The notes under the pieces are model-generated. The model ran no database searches. It saw only the letters and a program-made list of their open reading frames with translations, and was not told the DNA's origin. A stretch of DNA of 64,000 bases from Magallana gigas (taxonomy: Eukaryota). Position numbers and translations under genes: made by a program. This document shows, one piece after another, positions 22,960 through 34,606 of the stretch (the stretch's first letter is position 1; every line of letters begins with the position of its first letter). The stretch spans positions 51,832,001 through 51,896,000 of the forward strand of contig NC_088855.1 of the NCBI RefSeq assembly GCF_963853765.1, written 5' to 3'.

Positions 22960-25900
22960 AGGAAATGAGTTGATAAAGGGTTCTTACTTGCTAAAAATTT
23001 ATACCACAACTGCATATCTGCCATTGATATATCTGTTTGAATGCCCTTTTTGTTATTCGTTTCCGATGAGACATAGCCTGTAAACAGAAGCAATGGAATG
23101 AAAGCAAAAAACAATAGAATGTGGATATTGAAGATATTACTGAATCACCACTGAGAGATGCATGTAATATAGAAAAAATCTAAACATCAAATGAAATTTA
23201 AATTCTACAGAGTTAAAATTTAAATATAACAAACATTTAGGTTACTACGGTCATTTTATGTAAATATTTGACCAGCCTGATTAAACAGACTTCATTCTGA
23301 TTAATGAATCACGTAGTAGGAGCTGGTGTTAATATTATCAGTCTTTTTCTTTGAATGATTTTAATACATTTTAAATGGCATTCGAATACAATAAATGACA
23401 AAATCGAACAACTGAACCAGCGCTTTGCTGTGCATGTGGAATGTAATGTGTAACAGATTCATCAGGTAAAGTTTTCTCATTGAAGACACTTACTTGTTTT
23501 TGCTTTTTTATTTATTGGGGAAACGTCAATTGGAAGACTGAAATAAAAAATAAAGAAACTTTAGCTATAATATTCAGTTACCTTTTTATAATACTTTCAC
23601 AACAAATAATATACAGTTAAAATTACATGTAAGTCTAAAGTCCCGTTCAAAATACCGCCTCAAATTGTCACCGCGACCACTAACAAATTCTTACTGTACC
23701 GCAAGAGAACGAAAGACCAGTCATATCATATTTATTTTACGTCGTTAACTCTTTAACACAGTTAAATTACTGAATTGAAATGATGCAATCGTTATGACCA
23801 GCAGCGCAAGTGTCCTTAATCTACTGTTTTCTTATATAATTTTACATTATCGTTTATACCAATACATAAGTCGGTGTGAATGATTCCAAGAAACCGTATT
23901 TATTCCTCCCAAAAATGATTGTATCTTGACCGGAGGTTTGCCATGTCCAGTTTTTACAATAAAGTTACTTGATTTGAAAGTTGCATGTAAATTGCTGTAT
24001 AAATACCATTTTAAATATCCTTTGTGTAGAGTTTGTAAAAAGTTACCCGCTTTTAGCAGACATGAACTTTTGAAATGTAATAAAGTTTACAATGAGTTGA
24101 CATGAGTTCTTGCTTGATTAGGTATGAATGATTGGATCTTCATTCTAAAAAAGACCACCAAATCATTAAACATTTACATGAACATTTTTAGTCAGTTATG
24201 ATTTTACACAAATGTCGATCCAGACATGGAACTGTTAGTACCTTTTTACAGGATATCTAAAAGCCTTGGAATATGGGTTACTGTTTATTTTTAAGTCCGC
24301 AACCTTTCTGTTGTTGTAGGCAGTGACTGCAATGAATGTAGTAGCTTGGATGGGATACTCCACTACCGACACTTCGCCCCCCTTCTCATGCTTTACGAGG
24401 GAAATTCGCACCAAGTACTTCTGTTGGGTGTGGAGTGTAAACTGATTGGAAAAAAAATACATATTGCATATTTCAGACACAGGGATAAATAGGTTATAGT
24501 GAAGGCAAAATTAACCAGATGATCGGTGAAATGGGTGGCGGAATCCAATTGACATTGTATTATTTGGCAAAATGTTTTGTATATGCCACCTTAATTTTTA
24601 CGTTGTTTTGGTTTTTCATATGACATGGAGACCCCCCTGCCATTGTTTTAGACTAGTTTGTATATATGTTACCTTGGGATCTCCCATATTCTAAATGTGT
24701 ATTCATTAACGATGATTTTGTCTTACTTAGTCTTTAGGGAGATCCCGCTGCCTGTCTTAAATTAGGTGCTTAATAAGTCTGTTTATGGTTATCTGGGATA
24801 TCCTTAGTAGCTAAGGTTGTTTATTTGTAGTTGGTAGTTTATCTTCGTCATTAATAAATGACAATATTCATCAAATCATTACTTGTTGTGTTTTAAAGGT
24901 GTAAAAATTAACCGAGATGGAGCTGGTTTCCACATAAATATATAAGTACTAGTATATAAACTTATTTACCATGTCGATTTTGCAAAAATAATTTAAATGT
25001 GTGTTTACATTATTAAATAAATTGAAGATTGTATAGCAGCACTTATTGGGGTTTTCATTTACCATACAAATCGAAAATAATGTAAAAACGTTATCATTTT
25101 AAATCGTACATCAATCTTAAAATATGACCAAAAAGAATAAGGAATAATTACATGAGAACCCATATGTATATCTATATAAAAGTCAATGAACGATTCATCA
25201 TTACCTGTGTATTGATGATGAATTTGTAATGTACTTACTATTCCCGATTTTGATCCAGGCCTGTTTGAGAGCTTTACTTTTTCAAAGGATATTTTTCTGG
25301 CCATCCACTCCGAACCGATTCTTGGCGAATCGGGATGTTTAAAAGGCTGTGTCTTGAATTCATGTTCTTTTTTCCCAATGGGCACCCATTTGTTGTTTAA
25401 AAACTTGAAACATTTATTGCTTGCTGGAATGATGTCAAACATAACGTCGTATAATCCAACAGGATCCAAACCTCTCAATGAAAATTCCACGTACGGGAAC
25501 ATTCTCCTGAAACAAAGGTTCGGTAAACATTGATCTATTCCATTTGGTCGTACCTTAAGAGATGAGAGGGGCCAGTATCATATACAAAGACTTGATCAAA
25601 AGTTCACAAAAGGCAAGGCAATGCCGAAAAATCTCCGTATAAAGTCAGTAACAAACAAAAAGGTGTTCTGTTTTGTTGACAATATAAATATTAGGGATGT
25701 ACATTCATTACAGAATTACCAATCGAATAACTTGCAACCCGTTTAGTAAGAAAATACGAAAAAGTTAAGAATATGTCGAGTATCAAATAATGTTTCAATT
25801 TAATGTATAATCACTCTTATCAGAATCAATATATTCTTTGGATGGTCTTGAACCCAGTAAAGATACATGAACAGATTATGGTTTAGTTTCTTCGTTTGCT

Positions 25901-28900
25901 GTTTTTGTTTCTTCGTTCAATTTTGTTTCCTTGCTAAACGTCAAGCTAAATGTGAAAATAACATTTTTATTTTATGACCATTTTTGTCTGATTGATGCCT
26001 AGGTAAAGAAAATTCTTAGAGAATAATTACATATTCACTTAATGGTCAATTAAGCCTAAACTTAAAAGAATAACCCCTGACAATTTGACCTTAAATTCCG
26101 CAATTGAAGTAGAGGATTCCTTGCTCCTTTCAACGATACAGTCCGTTTGCTTACTTAATACCCAATATTGGAGTAGAATTTTAAAGAATCAATGGATATT
26201 TACAATATAATCAATCGCGCCCCTGCAGTTTAATACAAAAGACACGATTAATCTAGATGTTTTAAGGAAGAAGACGATACTGTTCCAATCGAACGACGTG
26301 TATTTTGACGATAAATTTAAAGAAGAGCCATAGCGAGGTCACCTGTTAAGTTAACCGAGTACTTTCCCCTACCTACTTTGCATGTTTCAGCAAAAAAAAA
26401 TCTCAAGTTTTTAAAGGTATCAGTTTAGATTGTCGCTAAGTTTGTTGTTTTTGTTTTGTTTTGGCTTTCTTCTAACTTCACTAATTCATAAAAAACTTCA
26501 AATCATGTTTATGCACAGTCTTTAATATATTTACCTCACAAATAAGATAGAATATCTTACATAATCTCTGTATATCTTAATTATTTTTGTTATGAGATTC
26601 AATAAATCAATGTTCGGTGTTAAAAAAACTATCCAATGACAAAATGTCCTTATTTGGCCATCTATATAGTAATTAAAGATCCTGGATTTATAACGATTCC
26701 TTGTTTCATAAAATTTCTTTTTGGAAAATAATCTAAGTATGATTCTAACAAGTAGAAATTGTTATGTTTGTTTGGAGAGGAGGGTACACCATTTTATGTT
26801 ATGTCATGAAGTGTTAATGATTTGTTAATGAATCCGCTTTCTTTTGACTTTGCCTGTACTTGTGCCATAAGCACAAAATATGTCAGTTCAGACACCGGAA
26901 GTGTGGGTGTCAATTGAAGGCCAAATCTTATCTATTAATATAATTGCGACAGACTATACCTGAATAACAACAATGGATTTTTTTGGAATTAAACTGAAAG
27001 TCACAGTAATTCATGCACAGGACCATGCACATGACAAGTAAAGCGTCTTCGCTCTTAGTGTCAAGAAATTACATTTGGTAAAACCTGAAAACGTTATTTC
27101 AAATCAGACACCTAAAATGATGGGAAATGGAAATACTCGCGGATCTAGATGTTAAAATATTCTTAAACTATAATAATTTATTGATGACAAAAGTCGAGTA
27201 ACCTTTTTATCTCTTACAGGATATACATGTAAATTTTGCATTGTCTCCACATCTTTTGTTCCTCTTATTGCCAAATCTGTCTAAATTCCTGGCTTTTTTT
27301 CCCCCACCCTTTTGTTGAAAGCCACACTGCGTTGTTTACAATTGATGAGCATGCGCTGTTAAATTAAATGGTTGGTTATCAATATCTACTGTAAAGGACC
27401 GTCTAAAATTATCAAATTTTTAAATAAATTGAGAATTCTTAAATTTTACAACGAGTAATTTTTGGTAAATTTCATACTTTAAACTTGCAAGAAAATTATT
27501 TTAAATTACGTGATAATATTGATTAAGTTGTTATTTCATGGTATTGGCGCAAGATAAGCTGTACAGAGTATTTTTGATAAACATGAACTAGTTTAAAGAT
27601 TTGTATTGCAAAAACAGAAAACGATGTATATGATTGATAGTATACAATGATCTAGACTGTACATGCAAGTTGTTTTTTTTTTGGGATTTAACACCTATCA
27701 GGGTTTAGGCGTTAGACTGTTAATGAGTGTAAATCACTATTTCCCGTCTGATAATGTCAGTGACGATCGGCAATATTTACAACGAAGGTTACTAATGTAT
27801 TGATAATATGTGTAGGAGTAGAATTCCTCTATTAAGTGAGATGGTCACGTTTTGATATAGAAAACTTTGATTTTCAAATACTTTATTTTTACGTTGCTGA
27901 ACTACAATTTATCATGTATTAACAATTATTTGTCATGTTGTTCATAATTCGTTCTTTGTAAAATATTGTTTTTTTATGCTGCTCGAATGTATGATGCATG
28001 AAAAGGAATATACAATGTCTTTGGGAAGAGATCTGGAATATAGTCAAAATAGGATAATAATTCAAGAAATACCTTTCAGTTTATACATATGCCGAGAACA
28101 GTTCTGTATTAAAAGGTAATAGTTTTGAGACCCGACAGGGCCGAGTACTGCCTGTTATTTTCCATACAGAAGTGTTTGAGGCATACCCGGTATATCAAAC
28201 TTAAAGCATTGCCTTTGATTTTGAATTTCATTGTTTTTTTTACCGATTTTGAGGTATATCAGTACTGTAACCACTGGTAACGGCCTGATATTAAGAAGCT
28301 CATTAATTAAGAAGATAAATATCAAGAAGCTCAATAATATCGGACTGTTAAAGGTCAAATTTTAGACTGCTGGAACAAAGGAATGACATCACAGCCGTGT
28401 TTTAACTAAATAATCCAACCATAACATATTATTATACTTTCATGTTTTAAAAATACTGAAATCTGATTGGTTTAGACGCAGTTGATAATCCGTTCTATTA
28501 CCCTCAGCGTTAGCAACACACTTAGCAGCGGGCAACACAACGAATTGTTACATGCCGATAAATTATGCGCGTACGGTTCGCCGTGAAATTCACGTCATTT
28601 CTATATAAAAGCATTAAAAAAAATTCTAAAATTAAGACATTCAGTATAATAAAATTAATAGTGCCTGTTTGGGAGGATAACAGTTGAAATTGACACCCCT
28701 CGAAAACAATTGTCAACCTGCGCTTCGCGTCGGTTCACAAAGGTTTTCTCGGGGTGTCAATTTCAACTGTTACCCTCCTAAACAGGCACTATTTACATAT
28801 TGTTATACTTTCATGTTAAATACTGAAATCTGATTGGTTAAGACGCAGTTAATAATATTTTCTATTACCCTCAGCGTTAGCAACGCACTTAGCAACGGGT

Positions 28901-31488
28901 AACATTAAAAAATGTTACATGCGCAAAAGTTATGCGCGTACGGTTCGCTGTAGAATTCACGTTATTCCTATATAAAAGCAGTAAAATTTTCTTAAAAATT
29001 AAGACATTCAGTATAACAAAATAAATAGTGCCTGTTTGGGAGGATAACAGTTGAAATTGACACCCCTCGAAAACCATTGTCAACCTCCGCTTCGCGTCGG
29101 TTGACAATGGTTTTCTCGGGGTGTCAATTTCAACTGTTACCCCTCCCCCCCCCCCCCCAAACAGGCACTATTTATATAATGGCTTCTAAAAACATCTTTT
29201 TTAGCCAAGGTGACTATGTAATGGATAAATAACGAGATGGTGTTGAATAGTTTAGAGAAAACAGGAGGGGGTGTTTTCTCTAAACTATTCAACACTATCG
29301 AGTTATTTATCTTACTTTAAAAAATTCCCCGATTTGAACCTCTAAGAAGCATTGACCCATTCATATATCCAAATGTGATGTCATACAAAAGAATAATTCA
29401 AGCAATACCATACACAACAATAGCCTAACCAAACACACCTTTTTAATCATGGACGAGTGAACAGGTGCGCGTGTTATAGAAAACCATACCGCTGTACTGA
29501 GCAGACATAGATTTAGAAGATGAATTTTTTAACGCAAAGTACACACTTGTACAATGTATAATAGAGATCCACAATTCCTGGAAAGACATGGATACCGTTT
29601 GAATGATATTTTAAACTTACAAGGAGAAAGGAAAAATCAGAATTTTGACGTCAATTAACAGACGATGATTTATCTAAAAAATTGATAGGAGTCTTATGAA
29701 GTCATAGTGCGACAATATTTCCTATATTGTTAAACTAATTAGAAGGAGTGATATGGTTCAAGGTTCAAAGAGGAAGTCTAAAAGTTTATGAAAGTGATTT
29801 ATATGTGATCCCGAATCTATCAAAATTAAGAAAAGGAGATATTTCTGTTCTGCAAAAAAATTTATTCGTGGCTTATCGGATATACATTTATGGATGACAA
29901 AATTCTGTTTTATAAATTTGGATTTATGTTGGAAATACACGTTTCAACATTTTTTCAGTTTTCTTTGTTTAATGCCCAGTTGGATATTTGAATATCCAAC
30001 TGATTGACGGTTGGATATTAAAAATATCCAACTCCTATCAGTTGGATATTTATATATCCAACACCTGCTGGTTGAATAGTGAAAATAAACGTTGACTGAA
30101 TACAATGGGTGACGTCATAGAAGTTTTTTAATTCCTCCTATTCTCTCTTCGATTTTTTTTCTTTAGTAAATAATAAGATTTAGAAGGACAGAAATAAATA
30201 AACGAAACGTTATTTTTTGCTAGCAAACCAAAAATCGATGTTTCAATATATTAATAAACACATTTAGCTCATCCTAACCCTCAAGTCAGTTAGTTTGCGA
30301 GTTACAAGCCCAATAGCAAAGAAAAAAGTATTTCAAGATTTTGATAAACATTCATCATATGATAATAAATCCCGACTCTAACCATAGAACCACATGCTAA
30401 TAGAATCTCACACTTACCATAGAACTGTACTTTAATACAAACCTACTCTCACCATAGAGCTATATGCTAAAAGAACTCGACTCTTGCTATATAGCAACAT
30501 GATAAGAGAGCCCGATTCTTACCGTACAATCATATGATAATGAAAACCAAACTAAGTCATGGAATCATATAATATTAGAACACCCCTCTAACCATAGAAC
30601 CACGTGATAACACAGACCGACTCTAAACATAAATTCGGAATCAGATAATTATGGAGCCCGACTCTTACCATAGCACCACATGACAACGAAACCAAACTCT
30701 AACCATAGAACTATATGCTTATAGAACCCTGCTCTTAACATAGAGCCAATAAACCCCATCATCTGAATTTCATAATGTTCTTGCTCATTATAACTATGCA
30801 CTAAACACAAAAAGGAGATTATTATTGATCCATTTTCCAGGTGTTTACATCCATATACAACCACGTATGCTCTTTGTGGTGGGTTTTGTTCGGTTATTTG
30901 AACTATATTCCCCACTATATCTCCACAAAACTGACACAGATAATTTGGTCAAGATTGGAAAGCAGTTTTCAAACAGACGCAAAACGTTCGTCCTTTAACA
31001 CTCGACAAACGATTAATACAACAAATGTTTTCAAAAATTGTTCAAATCTGCAAAAATGTTAAAACATCCATATCTTACCTTCCTGTTCTGTTGATAATCA
31101 TTTCAGTCCCAACTTCTAAAAACGTGTACCACAGTTTGGCCTCCATCAGAGACATCCTGATTGGTCCATTTGTGAGCGGTATACAGTTATCTTTGCCGTC
31201 GACCATGTCCTCTGTGAGCTTCATCTGCATGCTCTCCGACGTAAAGCTGTCAGAATATCCAGACGAGATGGAGTTGGAGTAAATCTGTATCTCCATATCA
31301 CTGGACTGAGGATCCATCTCAGTCGGCGAGGACGAGTTCGAAAAGGGAAATGATGTATTTGAAAAGGATCGATTTGTAGACCCATTCATTTCGGACGCAC
31401 TTGACACTCTATTTCCAAAGACTGGAATCTTTGGTTTTTTGTCGCTGGGATCAGTTTCCTCGGCAAAAGTGTCCTCTTTTTCCTCCAT
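21443..31488 (-). CDS. Divergent T-box transcription factor (about 371 aa short model, 6 coding exons)
   Basis: Exons 31488-31079, 25506-25239, 24441-24242, 23537-23494, 23077-22988, 21546-21443, phases consistent (1116 nt). T-box motifs LWYTF..[21 protein letters not shown].EWM...ISFEKVKLSN, FIAVTAYNN, LKINSNPYSKAFR. 5'UTR acceptor at 31522. Subfamily not assignable by eye; the last exons are less certain than the T-box exons. Confidence 0.9.
21870..22960 (+). mobile_element. Helentron/HINE-like element carrying a tandem array of about 166-bp units (resembles the oyster Cg170-type satellite)
   Basis: Unit landmarks near 22101, 22267, 22458, 22624, 22783. 3' end has (CGA)n, then palindrome TAGGTCACCTGAGTGACTCAGGTGACCTA (22927-22955) and AAAAA. 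The 5' boundary is uncertain. Confidence 0.8.
28431..29180 (+). mobile_element. Head-to-tail dimer of a 370-bp non-autonomous element ending in a long hairpin
   Basis: Copies 28431-28800 and 28801-29180. Each ends in an imperfect palindrome of about 135 bp (AATAGTGCCTGTTT...AAACAGGCACTATT) with apex CGCTTCGCG. Confidence 0.8.
30370..30760. repeat. Degenerate minisatellite of about 39 bp
   Basis: About 10 recurrences of ACTCT(A/T)ACCATAG-like cores at roughly 39-bp spacing in T-box intron 1. Confidence 0.7.
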
Positions 31489-32789
31489 TAGTCTGAATTT
31501 TTGTTTCTAGTTATAAAAAAACCTGAAGTAGAAATGTAAAAGATGTTATTCCTTTGAAGAGACGGTATTAGAAACTACACAACTGCGTATGGAACAAATA
31601 AAAAGAAAAAAAAATTGAGTAATGCCAGTGTTAATAGACAATATAAAAAAGGATTAAAAATGAGTCGCTAATTAACGAAAATCTTTCTTTAGAAGCCTAT
31701 GTTTCAACTTCTTTCTTTTGACATTCAAACATATAGAAATTTAAGTCTGAAAAATAATATTTGTACGTACTAATTAGAACACTTTGTGAAACGTAGGAAA
31801 TGGAAAATAATACACATAGAAGGCGTATCGGAGCTGAGCCTTAATTCTATGGACTTTACCGACACCAAACATTTCTGTAAACAGTCAGTAACAAACCTAG
31901 TAAGTGCTTTGTTTTTGTCGAGGACCTTAAGTTTGATATGTAAACAACATAAAATAATATATAACAATTAAATTCATAGACTTATTCTCTTATTGTGTAC
32001 CTTTCTCGACAGTCGTCTGTGCAAACCTGGATGCCATTGTATATACATGTAGGATCGTTTTATTACGTCACGAGCAAAGGGGGTCACTCTAAATATTTTT
32101 GGGCTTAAAAATTATAGGTACGGTTGTGTAAAATATCAGCCCAAATAACGTTACGTCCGCCATGTTGCCGTATAAATTTTGACGCCCGCCGTGTAAAGAA
32201 ATTTATAAGGCAATCACGTGACGCGATCCATCCAATGACGTTGACAATTACAATCAAATCTGTTCGGTTAGATTGTGATAATACAAAAAAATACATATAA
32301 AACTTGCGTCACTAGTGTTGCCGAATGGCTTCATGAAATTCGTACAAAAAACGGATATGGCATTTTAAATCATAGCCTGTGAATCATTCCATGGAACAAC
32401 AAATTCATTATCACTCCTACAAAACATGATAATCTCAAAGCTTAAAGTTATCTGGTGCTTTTTCCGATTAGAGACATATTTAGTACTTTTTTATATATAA
32501 TTTCGAGGAATCTATTCAATTAAATAACAGACAAGAAAATCAAGCAAATCAAAACAATATGTAAATTGATAAATAGAACCCGGAAATGCGTTGTAGAAAA
32601 CCGATGGTCAGTCTTGAATACGTAATAATAGAATGAGCGACTGGCAGTGGTTTTCCGACAATGCGGAAATGAAAGGTTGGTGTTTTTCATAAATAATAGA
32701 ATGCGTACATGTACTTCTGATACGCTTATGTATTTAAAGTTATATAAAATTGTGTAATAAAAGGATTTCCAATATAAGATGTCTTTGTT

Positions 32790-33310
32790 TATATTTATGC
32801 CCCCAAATATTGCAAATTTGTGACTTAACACACAAGAATAAAAAGCACAGATAAAAGTTCAATACAATAATATTTACATTCTACTGTGTTTTTCCATTAA
32901 ATTCCGTGATGTTTAAATGCCTCTAAATGCAACAAGTAGTCAAAGGTCAAATTGACGAGTTTTATTATGACGTCACAAACGTTGAACGCTGTAAACTGCA
33001 ACGTCACAAGCGTAAATCAAAGTTCACGCTTGTGGCTGTTACTGTGGCTCTTCCATTAATATTAACTTGCCCTTAGGATAGGATAGGAATTTTAAGGTAT
33101 GAATCACATTTGCAGACAAGGCAAAAAGTTAAAAAAATGTAAATATAAGCATTAAATCATGGTTTTTGGAAGTATACACTCTCATAACTGCAGCGGTGTG
33201 TGCATACACATTTTCATAACGCGCTAACGCGCGTTACTCAATTTGTATGCACACACCGCTGCAGTTATGAGAGTGTATACTTCAAAAAATCATGATTCAA
33301 TGCTATAATA
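32790..33310 (+). mobile_element. Non-autonomous element ending in a hairpin of about 155 bp
   Basis: Arms 33148-33224 and 33229-33304 are near-perfect reverse complements around AACGCGC-TAAC-GCGCGTT. The left boundary is approximate. Confidence 0.6.
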
Positions 33311-34606
33311 TTAATTCATACTCCCCATCAATATAGGAAAATACTAATTTATTCGATACATATATTGAAGATAAATTATGCAAATTCCGTTAGAGTTTTA
33401 ATGCTATAAAGCAATTAAATCACGGATTAATAAACAGGTGGACGCAGTGTCTTTTACCTCTTAATTCTTGAAACGTTACTTGAGGTTAAATAATATTGCA
33501 AGACAGAAAACTTTTCTCTCTAAGGTTCAAGTTTTATAGTCAATCATTAAAGAAGTTGACAACAGAAAGACTTATCGACAGATATATCAAAAACATCATG
33601 ACTCTTCATTTGGGTGGGAGGGCATACAAATTAGCATTGCAAATATAGGCGTACATAACGTTTGAGAAATTCATAGATATCTCATAATGTCAGTTTATTC
33701 TGAATAATATAATCGATTAAAAATCTTCTCAAAAGCTCGCGTGTAGTACATGTACGAATATGTAATCTCTCATCAACAGAGAGTAAATTTTAAAAAGCTT
33801 AAGATTCGACTAATATTGCAACTACTACAATATGCCTTACAACAGATCTTTTAATATGCGCCCCCCCCCCAAAAAAAAAAATAACAAGGAGCTCTTAAAA
33901 TCACGATATCGATCCATGTAATTTCACAGCTAGTTATTAAAATAAAAATATTATACTTAATATGAAACCTAAATCACAACTCTTGTAGGAATATAAACAT
34001 TGCAGATAAAACAAAATGGAGAAAAATCTATCTATAGAAAATGTTAACCCCGCTCATTACATCCCCGTTTCAAGGAACTTTTAAAAATAAATGAATAAAC
34101 TACCTTTTCAAAAATTTAACCCAAATTTTCTTTTGTCCAAAATGATATTAGTGACAACTAAAATCTTTCATAAATCTCTACTTACCCTAAAATATCGTAG
34201 AAACGATTGCAGTTGAAATTCCTGGGTATAGGAGCCTGTCTAAGGGAATATAGCAGAATGCGAAATTTAACGCTCTCTGCTTTTACGCAGTCACCCAATA
34301 GACAAACTTGAAGTTCTTTTTGCACACAAAATGTTCAACTCATCTACACTTGGCTAGAATATATATATGACAGACACCTGCTCGGCGATACTAATACTAT
34401 GTCAAATATCGTTTACCAATCAAATTGAACGTGCTCTTACATTTGCTGTTTATCTCGAGATGAATTCATTTATATGATGACGTGGATTTACAAACTGTTG
34501 GTGAAAAACAACAAATCCCTTCAATACGCTTCCGATTAAGAATTAACTTGTAAAGACTCCATAACCTCAATTTGAGGCGTGAAAATATTTTGGTGATTCT
34601 TGCAGG

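Noticed and set aside
22324-22973. ORFs of 62-101 aa in the T-box intron
   Set aside because: They lie inside the 166-bp satellite array of the Helentron-like element.
21443-23077. A complete second T-box domain
   Set aside because: Similarity stops after FPHV; no HPDSP, KLTN or TAYQN-like segments downstream.
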